Source: Octopus sinensis
Lineage: Eukaryota
Reading direction: 5' to 3'
NCBI RefSeq assembly: GCF_006345805.1
Contig: NW_021834579.1
Span: 1 to 47,054 of the forward strand
Length of the DNA: 47,054 bases
The notes beneath the pieces were generated by a model that was given only the letters and a program-made list of their open reading frames with translations, searched no databases and had not been told where the DNA came from. Numbering within the stretch: position 1 is the first letter of the stretch; the number at the start of each line of letters is the position of its first letter. Of this stretch, positions 24,944 through 36,875 are shown one piece after another. The translations under genes were made by a program, and so were the position numbers.

Positions 24944-25643
24944 CAGGGTGGCCATTAAGTCACGCACCATCCTGCGATATGTGAAATTGCTAACATTATC
25001 TTTTTTATCTCTTTTCACAACTGCCGATGTTACTCACAAATCAATCCTCATTGGATGGAGGCAGATAATCAGCAAGGCGAATGCAAGGTAATGGTGTGGT
25101 GTGGGATTTGATACAATCAAGTAACTGGACTATTTTATGTTGAGAGCTCTGTGACAGGTGATTCATATCTGGAGATGCTTGGCAACAAGATGATGCCTCG
25201 CGTACATTCACTTGGAAGGGGAAATCCTGTCTAGTTTGAACAGGATGGGTCTCTGTCCATTTATGCATTAGAGATTCGTGATTTTCTGAATGAACATTTC
25301 CCCGGGAGATGGCTCGGGTGTCGCGGGCCAGTTGAATGGGCACCACGGTCAGCAGATGTAACTTAACTCGCATGGACTTTTTTTCTTTTGGGGCTACTTT
25401 AAATCCTTTGTGTATTCTGAAAAGACGCGTGACCAAGGACATCTACTTCAAAGAATTGTTGAATCATAGGCGCAGGAGTGGCTGTGTGGTAAGTAGCTTG
25501 CTTACCAACCACATGGTTCCGTGTTCAGTCCCACTGCGTGGCACCTTGGTCAGGTGTCTTCTACAATAGCTTCAGGCCGATTAAAGCCTTGTGAGTGGAT
25601 TTGGTAGACGAAAACTGAAAGGAGCCCGTCGTATATGTATATA

Positions 25644-25720
<77 letters not shown>

Positions 25721-26134
25721 TATATATGTATGTATGTGTGTGTATATGTTTGTGTGTCTGTGATTGTCTCCCAACATCGCTTGACAACCGATGCTGGTGT
25801 TTTTACGTCCTCTTAACCTAGCGGTTCGTCAAAAGATAGAATAAGTACTAGTCTTACAAAGAATAAGTCCCGGGGTCTATTTCTTCGACTGAAGGCGGAG
25901 CTCCGGCATGGCCGCAGTCAAATGACTGAAACAAGAGTAAAAGAGTAAGCGTGTGAGCAAGTCAACGGCAAAGAAGAGCCACCTGAAAGGCTTCATCGCA
26001 ATTTCAAATTCCGTATGTGCACTTGTTTAGAGCTACATGGCCAATACTTTGAACATTTGCAATAGATTATCTACTTCATTGCTAATAAAGCACACTTGGT
26101 ATTTCCCATGGTGCGTGATTTTGTGACCACCCTG
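24944..26134 (+). mobile_element. Internally deleted Tc1/mariner DNA transposon, DD41D (rosa/Visitor)-type catalytic region, 27-bp TIRs
   Basis: Left TIR cagggtggccattaagtcacgcaccat vs reverse complement of the right end cagggtggtcacaaaatcacgcaccat, 23/27. TA follows the right end; the left flank is AA. Peptide from ~25030: KVMVWCGI...YLEML...FEQDG...RDFLNEHFPGRWLGCRGPVEWAPRSADVT..MDFF.WGYFKSFVY...QRIVES, resuming after the SINE as ACEQV...RMCTCLELHGQYFEHLQ* (25949-26065). There are 41 residues between the second and third D after removing a 5-nt duplication. Confidence 0.9.
25468..25948 (+). mobile_element. SINE family B, full length, nested in the transposase ORF
   Basis: aggcgcaggagtggctgtgtggtaagtagcttgc...aaatgactgaaacaagagtaaaagagta. 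The transposase peptide continues on both sides. Confidence 0.93.
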
Positions 26135-26699
26135 TACTTTCAAAAGCTCTGACAAATACATAGTCCTAGGTCCAATCCTACCAAATGTATGGTCTTCAAA
26201 TAAAACTTATTGTCATCAAATAAAGATAGACTGTCACTTCCTAACTAGAACGCAAAAGGAACGACTTTCGTTAACCGAACTATAATTATTTATTAAAACA
26301 ACTGTATCACCAATTTTTTAATGAAAAGGTGCAGTATGTTTCTTTTGTATTTTTTCTGCGGTATACATATTTTGACAACGACGGAATCATATTTAAATAC
26401 TAAGATTACAAAGGCTTTGGTTTCTCATGGGAATTCAAAAGAGTCGAAATTAAGTCTCATCGTATTAGACAAGGTCATTCTATTAATAGAATCGCTCTAA
26501 ACAGTCTGCGAGCTTTTAAGATGAAAATGTAGACTCATTTAAATAGTTTATGCTTAAATGAATTTTAACAATAAAACCTAAGTATTACAAGCATTGTTTT
26601 AGTTATAATTTCGAATAAATTCAATCTGGGAGAGGGGTACATCCGTTTGTATATTCAAACACACTTTCGTACGTTCAGATATACGTATGAAAGCTTTTC

Positions 26700-27180
26700 A
26701 CAACATATATATGCGTCTATGAATATACTTGTATGAAAATATGCGCAAATGTGCTAACATGTGTATATATATATATTTATATATATATGCATGTGACTGT
26801 ATCATATGTTATGTTTGTATAAATATGCTTCTTGTATTAGTGTATATATACACCAACACACACACACACATATATATATATGTGTGTGTGTATGTGTGTG
26901 TTTATATATGCGTATGTATATGAGTGTAGACTTATGATTATAGTTCTTAAATGTTCTAATGTAATCACTTTCTCTTCAAATAAACATACATAGCCACACA
27001 CACATACGCACAAACATATATACACGCTCACACAGATTCAACATATACATACTTACCAACTCACATTTATACATAACACTTGATGACTCAACACTGCTGG
27101 CACAATCATTGCACATACAGATGATGAATATATGGGTATGTGTGAGGGGGGTTGGGGATGTATGAATGTACATATGAATG

Positions 27181-27214
<34 letters not shown>

Positions 27215-27279
27215 ATTTATTTTACTAAGCCCTTTTATATAATATATATATATATATATATACATACATTTATATACAC

Positions 27280-27322
<43 letters not shown>

Positions 27323-27890
27323 TTGATTTTGATTTTGATTTTTCTAGTTTCAGCTAATGAGCTGTGGCCATGCTGGGGCACATACATATATATACACATA
27401 CATATATGTGTGTATGTATTTTTCTTATGTAATCAATATAGATATATAGATATATAGATATACATATACATATACACACACGCGCAAACATTTATACATA
27501 CATTCTTCTGAATGCGTGTAAGATTATATATATGTTTGTGTGTATGTGAGCGTATGTGCGAGCGTATGTATGTGTGTGTGTGTGTCTATAAACATACATT
27601 CATATATACATACATACATTCATACATATATAGAGAGAGTCACACATATACGTATGCATGCAAGCGCGCACACACACACACGAACATACACACTTTGCCA
27701 GGAAATTGTCTCCTGCAACGTAACTTCTAAAGCATAAAAACGTTTTCCTTTTTCAAAAACACATGCGTGTTTATGAATATATGTGTGTGCGTGTGTATAT
27801 TTGTGTGTGTCTGTATGCATATCTGTGTGTGTCCGTATGTCTATGTATCTACGTGTCTGTCTGTGTGTATGTGTGTCAGTCTGTCTCTGT
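26700..27890. repeat. Long degenerate (TA)/(CA)/(GT)/(CATA) microsatellite mosaic
   Basis: Directly visible. Confidence 0.85.
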
Positions 27891-28410
27891 ATAAATGAAC
27901 AAAATGATTATTGAAGTGTGCTTTATTCACTGCAAAATACGAAACAAAAGTCAAGACAGGAATACAGCTTTCATGAAATTAAACGATGAATATATATTCT
28001 GATAATAAACGTTGAATAATTTTACCTCTGGCAATGATTTTATCAGCTACATCCTTTCCCATTATCATTTCTTGCCTTCTGCAAAACGCACCAATGACCT
28101 GCAATTATCATAACTTTACTCAGTTGATAAGTCATATGAGGTGTTTATATGTTAATTGGCTTTAGAACGTTATAGCGTGAAAATAAACAGGAAGGACTAA
28201 TAAGGAAATATAAAGGAAAATAAATTTCTTATGTAAAAGTATTTTGGCCGGACACCGTTAACGTTTCAAATAATGTTTTTAAAAAAATCTGTTACTTCAT
28301 AATCATATAAATATGATATACGAGAGAGTGGGATGAGATGAGAAGATGCGATACAGAGAGACAGTAAGGTAGATAGCCAGGTAGCTAGTTAGACTGATAG
28401 TTTTATATAT

Positions 28411-28770
28411 TCTTTTTATTCTTTTACTTGTCATTTGACTGCAGCCATGCTGGAACACCGCCTTAGTCGAATAAATTAACCCGCAGGACTTATTCTTTGT
28501 AAGCCTGGTACTTACTGTATCGGTCTCGTTTGCCAAACCCCTAAGTTACAGGGACATACACCAGTATCGGTTGTCAAGCGGGAGAAGCACAGACACACAA
28601 ATACACACACACACACACACATATACGACGGGCTTCTTTCAGTTTCTGTCTACCAAATCCACTGACAAGGCTATCGTTGGTCCGAGGCTATAGTAGAAGA
28701 TACATGCCCAAGGTGTCACATAGTGGAACGGAACCCGGAGCCATGATCAAGAGTGGTATGTTCTCTAGTA
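28411..28770 (-). mobile_element. SINE family B, diverged head
   Basis: gtcatttgactgcagccatgctggaacaccgcc...gggcttctttcagtttctgtctaccaaatccac...gaggctatagtagaaga. Confidence 0.85.
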
Positions 28771-28818
28771 ACGCTGTAAACCGAACCTTGACGCTGCAGG
28801 CCCCTTCATTCTGCTTAC

Positions 28819-28910
28819 GCTTAGTAATTTCAAAGTGAGGGTCAGTCCGCGCAATCTGATCACATTCTGTTGACTTGGGTCTCATGAGGTGGTTCAACCG
28901 GCTAAGACGG
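28819..28910 (-). CDS. Candidate exon 3 (RLSRLNHLMRPKSTECDQIARTDPHFEITK)
   Basis: Acceptor ggtcactgcag, donor c|gtaagc, 92 nt, phase 2 to 1, GC-richer than the flanks. Confidence 0.35.
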
Positions 28911-28988
28911 CTGCAGTGACCAACAAGCTTTAGGTTTTATATTGAAGTGGCTTTTTCTTCTAAGTGAATTGCTTAGAGCTCCACCTAC

Positions 28989-29215
28989 CCTGACTCCATA
29001 ATCAGTATAACACAATTCATACGGGTATAATTATCTGTGTATTTATATATACTTGCAATAACCGTAGAAAGTTCAACGTCCAGCATTTCTGGCGTAATAC
29101 CAGCGATAAAGAACTCCCCTGGAGGTAATAATATCTTGTCATATCCATCATAACGCTTCGAAGAATTTCTTGTTGCATATTTAAAAGTACTGCGTTGATT
29201 TAGTACCCAACTATG
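28989..29215 (-). CDS. Candidate exon 2 (HSWVLNQRSTFKYATRNSSKRYDGYDKILLPPGEFFIAGITPEMLDVELSTVIASIYKYTDNYTRMNCVILIMES)
   Basis: 75 open codons in non-repetitive sequence. Acceptor aactatag (weak tract), donor gg|gtaggt, phase 0 to 2. A 78-nt intron to exon 3 contains in-frame stops. Confidence 0.42.
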
Positions 29216-29437
29216 CTATAGTTTAATAATAACTGAAGAGTTGAGCTGTAGTACTTGTGTTACGCTTTATTAACAAGGAAGAAGTTTCTGTCCGATATTC
29301 TGCCATTAATATTTCTGTTTTTTTGTTTTGTTTTGTTTTTGTTTTGTTTTTGTTTTGTGTTTTTTATACAGTACAGGTTGAAATATACTTTTTACTACAG
29401 CAAACACACAAGTACACGTAAACATAAATATACTTAC

Positions 29438-29548
29438 ACACAAGAATCTGTTGGTTGCAATAAGAGTTTCGATAGCGGGAAAAGCAACCGTTATGTTGGT
29501 GTTGAACATATTGAATGGACAAAGACACAGGGAGAAATGAGAGAATAA
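29438..29548 (-). CDS. Candidate exon 1 (LFSHFSLCLCPFNMFNTNITVAFPAIETLIATNRFLC)
   Basis: Acceptor catctttag, strong donor tgt|gtaagt, 111 nt, phase 0-0, in frame with exon 2. Confidence 0.3.
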
Positions 29549-29599
29549 CTAAAGATGCAGAGATCGCCCCACAGCTTATCACCTCTTAGAATCATATCT

Positions 29600-29638
29600 T
29601 ACTTTCTCTCTCTCCCTCCCCATCTCCCTCTGCCTCCC

Positions 29639-29676
<38 letters not shown>

Positions 29677-29707
29677 CTATATCTATCTATCTATCTATCT
29701 ATATCTA

Positions 29708-29798
<91 letters not shown>

Positions 29799-29850
29799 GA
29801 GTATGTATGTATTTGTATGTGTGTATGTATGTATAAACACGCACACACGC
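29600..29850. repeat. (CT)/(CTAT)/(TA)/(GA) microsatellites
   Basis: Directly visible. Confidence 0.95.
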
Positions 29851-30151
29851 ACACAATGTACCGTTTCAAATCAATTCACAAAAACAAATAAACACCGCTC
29901 AATATGTATGTTTAAATACAATTGTAGAATTAAAAACAACCTGAGAGAAAAGATTACCCTAGCTGTGAAAAACTTTAATTTTAATTCTGACACACAACTT
30001 TGTCGAAACTTGAATAACAAATACAAATATCAGTGAATACACAAGGACATCACGGCTAAACGTATAAACCTCCTTCGACCAAATCGTGACTACAATACTG
30101 TATACAACTGGATCTAGGACCTTAATGATTTATATGTAGCATACATACATA

Positions 30152-30365
30152 CGAAAAGTTTTAAGCCTTCAAGGCCATTGAGCCTTCAAGCCCCTTGAAC
30201 CTTCAAAGCCCTTGAGCCTTCAAGGCTTTTGAGCCTTCACAGCTTTTGAGCCTTCAAGACTTTTGAGCTTTCAAGGCTTTTGAGCCTTGAACTCCTGTGC
30301 CTTCATCAGAAGTCTTGTACCATGCTTTGTTTCTCTGAGGCTCAAGGCTTTTCATACACCCTTCG
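30152..30365. mobile_element. Mariner-like MITE with internal 17-bp tandem array (30163-30292, ~7.5 units), flanked by TA
   Basis: Right end reverse complement ta|cgaagggtgtatgaaaagccttgagcctc; left end ta|cgaaaagttttaagccttc (apparent deletion). Unit consensus gagccttcaaggctttt. Confidence 0.6.
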
Positions 30366-30441
30366 TACATACATACATACGTACATACATACACACAAAC
30401 GTACGTACATACATACATACATACATACATACATACATACA

Positions 30442-30473
<32 letters not shown>

Positions 30474-30495
30474 AAACATACATACATATATATAC
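30366..30495. repeat. (CATA)n microsatellite
   Basis: Directly visible. Confidence 0.95.
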
Positions 30496-31017
30496 CCTTA
30501 CACACACGATCATCTCATACTACATTAAATTTCAATGCAGTCTATAGATAGTAAATGTATATATTCTCTATCAATATACATCTTTTTCCTTTCATTAATT
30601 TATGTTTATTATATAAAGCGGTTTGGTTCCTTGTGTATGAAAGTATAAAGATTTTATGCAACAGTTGTATATATTATAGAAATATTATTTTCTTGTGTTA
30701 AGCTTGCTCACCAATCTTACATTACTGCATGCTAAGCAGATATTGTCTTCTTTTCTATCAAAGGCGAAGAAGAAAGACAGGGCGTGGCAGTGATAGAGAG
30801 CGAGAGAAGAGAGTGTGTGTGACTGTGTGTGTATGCGTGCGAATCTGAGTGTGCGAACGTATTTGTGTGAGTATGGGAGTAAGAGCTGAGATGCGAATCA
30901 GCGAAAGTCAAAGCTAAAATAAATTCCTGAAAGATAGTCAAAACAAATGGAAGCGAACTTAGTGTTTGATGTGCGTCGCAATCTAAATACATCATTGTTG
31001 TTTTTCGTACTTGCTAC

Positions 31018-31113
31018 TCTCCTCCTCCTCCTCCTCATCCTCCTCATCCTCATCCTCATCCTCATCCTCATCCTCCTCCTCCTTCTTCTTCTTCTTCTTC
31101 TTCTTCTTCTTCC
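31018..31113. repeat. (CTC)/(CCTCAT)/(CTT) low-complexity repeat
   Basis: Directly visible. Confidence 0.95.
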
Positions 31114-31649
31114 TTTGACCCGGGTCAGATTTGATCGAGCAGAATTATGATAAAAAATAAAGATTACATCCCGCCAAATTCGTCTACACTCATCCTTCCA
31201 AGGTCAATAAAATAAAATACCAGTCTATTACAAAACTCAGCATAATTGACTACCCCCTTCCTGACGTGTTTCGTCTGTTTTTTTTTTTTCATTAATATTT
31301 CTTTAACTTCTCAATCTAAATGCCACCAAAGCGGAATATACGTTTGAATTTTCAGGAGGTGATCGAATCGGCATTGTGCCCATATAACAAATATTTATCG
31401 TGTGTCAAAATGTGTTTGTCTATCTTCAGAACAAATAATAGTGAATTATTTTCTTTTGTTCAAATAAACCGCTCTACAAACGATTAATACCCTCCACAAG
31501 GATCTACGAGACACACGGCTGAGTCTGGTTTAGCAGATCTGCTAAAGTTAAATCAAACCTCGTTGTACTTTAGTTTGTTCTAATGCTTTGCATGAGTATG
31601 GAAAGTTCAGGGATGGCGGCTTTACCGATGATGGATCAAGGTATAGACA

Positions 31650-31915
31650 ATACATATTTGTGTGTGTGTTTATCCATGCTGGCATAAATATGTATATCCA
31701 TAAACAAACACATACACGTGTGTGCACGCACATTAACGTATTTATATACTTACATGCGTTTGAGTGTGAATAAATATATATGCATATGTGTATGTGTGTA
31801 TGGGGTAGATACGTCTGTGTATATATGTGTGTGTGTATTGCGTGTGCGCGTCCGGGCGTGTGTGTACATGTGTGTGTGTGCATGTGTGTGTGTATGTGTG
31901 CATGTGTGTGTTTCT
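31650..31915. repeat. Degenerate (GT)/(TA) microsatellite
   Basis: Directly visible. Confidence 0.85.
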
Positions 31916-32399
31916 TCGTCAACTTTCAAACTACCCAACTCCGTTATGCTTTGTATTTCATGTTCCCTTTCATCTGTTTCTCTCATTCTGTGATTCAAGA
32001 GTTACGGGCTATTGTACATCTTAAAAGATAATATACATTCGATACACTTGATACATTTCCGCCATAAACTAAGGTAAAAGAGCAGCGCCGTAAAATAGCT
32101 TTAATAACGACTCATTAGTTAAGACTCTCTGATCAGCAGCAAAGTTGCTAAGAAACAAGCTACTGTCCAGTTCATGAATAGATGTCCATCTTCCACTAGT
32201 GTCCTTTCTTTCCCGTTAAAGGATCATAAAGACGCATAAAGACGACGTTATAACCCTTTGTATTTATCCATTCATTTATATTAGCCATTATCTTTCAAGA
32301 TTTACATTGATTCTTTCGAAAATTAAATAGCTTCTATTGATGCTACGCAGTAGCAGAGTCGCAGTCATAGAGATAACGAGAAAGTTATCTGAAAACGAC

Positions 32400-32624
32400 A
32401 TGTATGTACGTATTTATGTATGTTGTTGTAAATACGCGTGTGTGTGTGTGTGTTGTGTGTGTGTGCGTGTGTGTGTGTGTTTGCACGTGCGTATGTGCGT
32501 AAACATATATGTTTGTATACATGTAGGTATATGTATATATATATAAGTTTATACATACGTACTTTCAAAGATACATACATACATACATGCATGCATACAT
32601 ACATACATACAACATACATACTAT

Positions 32625-32692
<68 letters not shown>
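32400..32692. repeat. (GT)/(CATA)/(TA) microsatellites
   Basis: Directly visible. Confidence 0.9.
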
Positions 32693-32693
<1 letters not shown>

Positions 32694-34275
32694 TTATGCA
32701 ATGTTTGTATACATCGAGTTATCTTAGAATATTTTCCTCTTCATACAACGATTTCAAAACAAAAGAGAGCCATGCGTGTATTAAAAGACTTTCATGAGGT
32801 GAAAAGGTTACTTTCAGTATTTGGCAATCTTCCTCTCATTTCCGCTCAAGTATTGAAATTAATGTTTAAGATGGAAGCTATAAAATCTTTTAACGACGCC
32901 ATTTTACACGCGATTTCGCGCCTTTTCTAATATACATTTCGAATGTTGAATGTTTCTACTCACAGCATTTACTTCCACTGCACATTTACTGCATATTACT
33001 AAGACTGAAATAGACTTTCTCATTTATTGTTCACACTAGTATTTTGAATATTTTATATTAACCCTCCCCCCTTACTTTTTCTCTTTCATGTGTCATGGCA
33101 TAACCATCTAAGCAAACTTCGTGGCAAGAGACTATTAGAAAAATCAATTTTTCTATCTCGATATTTCTTTTATAATTTTCACTTGGTTGAATTCAGTTGA
33201 CACTTCTCATTTGCAATCTCTTCATATTCTGGCAAAGAAAGCTTCTATTTTGGGCTTATGAGGCATAGCTGCTTTTAATGTTTTTGTTGCTGTTGTTGTT
33301 GTTATTGTTGACGTTGTTTTATGGTGCTGTTTTAAGCTTTTGATGTTGTTTAGTCACTGGTAAAACGTGAACAAATATATCAATAATCAAAAGCATTCTA
33401 GATGTGACCATCCCGTCTTTGGGGAAATATGCGTGACTAATGTATCTAATGATTCTTTTCCTTACTTAAATTGGTGGAGTGTTCTTTGGGGGTGGATGTG
33501 ACTACTATTTTAGCAAATCCAGTAACCACGTAGGCGCCCACTTGTTGACTCGCAACAGTGTTTGATAGAAAACGTTGTGAGCTTTGCCTGGAGTGTGGCG
33601 CGAATGAATCTAGTTATATAGTCTTCGGTAAAGGAACAATGTTTTATAGATTTAACTGTTGCTAGTTGTGAATGTAAAAATAATTTTCGTAACAGGAATA
33701 AGACGAATTAACCAGATCAGTACGATGGTATACAAAATATCGAGGATTTGTAAAAGCGGTAAAGCGGTGGAGAAAAGCAATGGTGATTAGTAAACTCGGT
33801 ACATCAGTAAAAACAATTGGCTGGGCGGTGGATAACTTGCCTTACGGTATTTAGTTAAGTCTCTTTATGTTCTGAAATAGTATCGCTCCAAACATGATTT
33901 TGCCTTTCATCGTTCTGAAGTCAATAAAATTATCAGTTAGGAAGGAACTGGTGTCCATCTTAATTAACTATCCTCTAGCTTCCTCAATTTTAAATCAATA
34001 TTGACACTGCCGTGTAGCCTCAAACTGTGGCGCAGCCTCTTTAATTACTATTGCATTTATTTTCTGCCTGGCTAGAAAAAAAGAAATAGAAAACAAAAGG
34101 TAGCAACTGTCTCAACCAAAATACATCATGAGTCTACGAGGGAATCTCTGAACGGTTAATCAGTCGGCTAGAAACGGTTCCATCACTCAAATCTCTCTCT
34201 CAAATCATAATTTGCTCTCTTTTTTTTTCTTTGTCTTTTGTGTTGCAAGTACTTGGTGGAGATTTCTTGCTCCTG

Positions 34276-34289
34276 GTTTCCATGGCAAC
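34276..34289. promoter_or_regulatory. RFX X-box-like palindrome GTTTCCATGGCAAC
   Basis: Fits the established 14-bp X-box pattern GTTNCCATGGNAAC. Function not shown. Confidence 0.35.
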
Positions 34290-34749
34290 AGTCTATAAAA
34301 TTTTCGCTACTCCCTGCAAGTAGGACTAAACCACTTTCAAATTACACCTTTCCCTTTTATATAGAAAGGTATATTGGACAATTTGGACGGAGTGAAATTC
34401 ACAGCTGGCGTGTCTTTCATCATGAGTCTGTTTGATCGGGGTTGACCTGTTATTAATCAAAAACAACCATTTGGATCGTAAAACTTAAACTTAATTAGGA
34501 AAAAAAAACAATGGAGGTCCAATACAAAAAAATGTACCCAAACTGCTCGATGTTGCCAGTGCCACTTAGTACAACCAATTCCATGCCATAGTGCTATTAC
34601 CACCCGATATACCCAAGATACTCGATATAACTTATAGCGCCACATAGAGTGAATGCATCCCTAATCAGGTCAGGTCATGTCAGATGTTGGGGCACGCGCC
34701 GTTGCAGCGCTTTGCTGTATTACTCAATGCTACAAGTACCCTTAGATGC

Positions 34750-34885
34750 CAAGATGTTCAAATTCTGCTGAGGTCGACTCTGCCTTTCATCCTAAATTAA
34801 ATACTTGTGAAACACTGGCGTCGATGTGAGCGACTACTCTTCTCACCAAAATGTCAGGTCTTGTGCCTTTAGTAGAAACGATTAT
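34750..34885 (+). mobile_element. Partial SINE family A
   Basis: gttcaaattctgctgaggtcgactctgcctttcatcc...ttgtgcctttagtagaaacgattatt. Confidence 0.75.
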
Positions 34886-35117
34886 TTCTATCCTGATGTT
34901 TTTTTTTTATTTTATAACAGCTTCTTTTCTGACTTTGTTTAGACAACAATTATCAATCAAGCATTATATGCGCGTGCTTATTCTTGTCGATAAATTTTGA
35001 CGTGTTGCCAATCAGAGGCTACAAATACAAGTCGGACTGTATGTGTTATCACCATGACTATTAATCTGTCAATCGATAAATATCTGATGGAGGCCTATGT
35101 ACTTATTTCAATACCTT

Positions 35118-35120
35118 CAT

Positions 35121-35174
<54 letters not shown>

Positions 35175-35549
35175 CAACACCACCATTAATATAGATATGT
35201 GTACATTAATACGGGCCTATATATATATATATAGATAGATAGATACATAGATAGATAGATATAGATAGATAGATATAGATATATACATATATATATATGT
35301 ATATGTACGTATATACATGTATTTGCACAGACATGCACACACGCATGTATATATATATATATGTATATATAGATATATATATATATACATACATATATAT
35401 ATATATATATACATATATATCTATATATTTACTTGTATACTGTATATGCATATAGATGTATATGTATATGCATATGCATTTGTTTATACATGCACATATA
35501 TGTACATATACAAATACATACATACATATACATATATATATAATACATT

Positions 35550-35625
<76 letters not shown>

Positions 35626-35751
35626 TTATATATATATATATACGCTTCTCAAATGACTCAGCACGGACAAAATTGATTTTTAGAATATTATTAGTCCAGA
35701 TGATGCTTATGAAAATAGTGGTCGTGGTAGTAGAACTGATTAATAATAATG

Positions 35752-35838
<87 letters not shown>

Positions 35839-35885
35839 CAACAACAACACACCAATAACAACAACAGCTACAACGACAAAACAAC
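35118..35885. repeat. (CTA)/(CCA)/(GATA)/(TA)/(AAT)/(AAC) microsatellite mosaic
   Basis: Directly visible. Confidence 0.93.
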
Positions 35886-36477
35886 AAAATTATTAATAAC
35901 AATTCATTGATTCATATAGTTCAGTATCTCGTATAACTTGGTTAACTTCTCAATAGTATATAATATGTTAAGCTGGTTGATTCCAACTGTAATAATCAAT
36001 GAGTGATGATTTCAAGCCACTGTGTTTTCATAATATATCGATCTATTACCAGTCCATTGGGTAACGAAAGACTGATAATATTTCTCCTTAAAAAGATACT
36101 CGTCTGTATGCCTTTTTATGAATATATGTATGTGCGTGTGTGTGTGTGTATGGATAGAAAGATGGCCGAATGCACGTGCAAATGTACATATATATTATAT
36201 ACTCTGTAGCCATCTATGTATGAATGTAGATACGTGCGTACATATGAAGTAAGCATATATGTATTAATGCACGTGTATGAATATATTAGGTATGTGTATA
36301 TGTCATTATTCAGTTTTATTTAAAGATTTCTTCTCATTAGAAATTTCAACAACATCAGTAGCGTATTTTTGCACATGAATTTGTGTATAAGTGCTGAATT
36401 TGGAATCAGTTCATGTGAAGATTAAGTTTGTTTATTTTCAGTCATTCCTTCACGCCTCTACTTACGAACGTTAAATT

Positions 36478-36875
36478 TCTATATATATATAAAGCTGAAG
36501 TTGTCTGTGTATGGCAGGTTTGGTAGCTTTCAACTGACACTATCTCCTCCGAGACCCTGTGGCGCAAGTTGACCAAAATTGAGAGTATGATAGAAGAAGG
36601 CTTTCTCTTCATTCCGTAGAAGATAAAAATTCAAATCGGACCACGTTAAGACTAAACATTATTTACATCAAAAAGGTGCTTTTTTTCTATGAAAATTCCT
36701 ATTTTTTACGATTTGTGACTGCTGTGTCGCCATTTTTCGGTGTATTTTAACCAGAAAAATGTTCACTTAAAGAGAATAACAAGCTACATAATGCAAAATT
36801 TTTACTTTTCATAAATTCCAATTCTAAAGGGTTGAAAAGAAGACAAATCCGAGCAACGCCGGACAATACTGCTAG
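36478..36875 (+). mobile_element. Non-autonomous Helitron-like element (~400 bp)
   Basis: 5' TC followed by tatatatatataaagctgaagttgtctgt; 3' imperfect GC hairpin ccgagcaacgccgg, then ctag|t. No TSD. These are the established Helitron terminal hallmarks. Confidence 0.72.

Noticed and set aside
30163-30292. Palindromic 17-bp array as a CRISPR array
   Set aside because: Units are contiguous with no unique spacers, no cas genes are present, and the context is eukaryotic.
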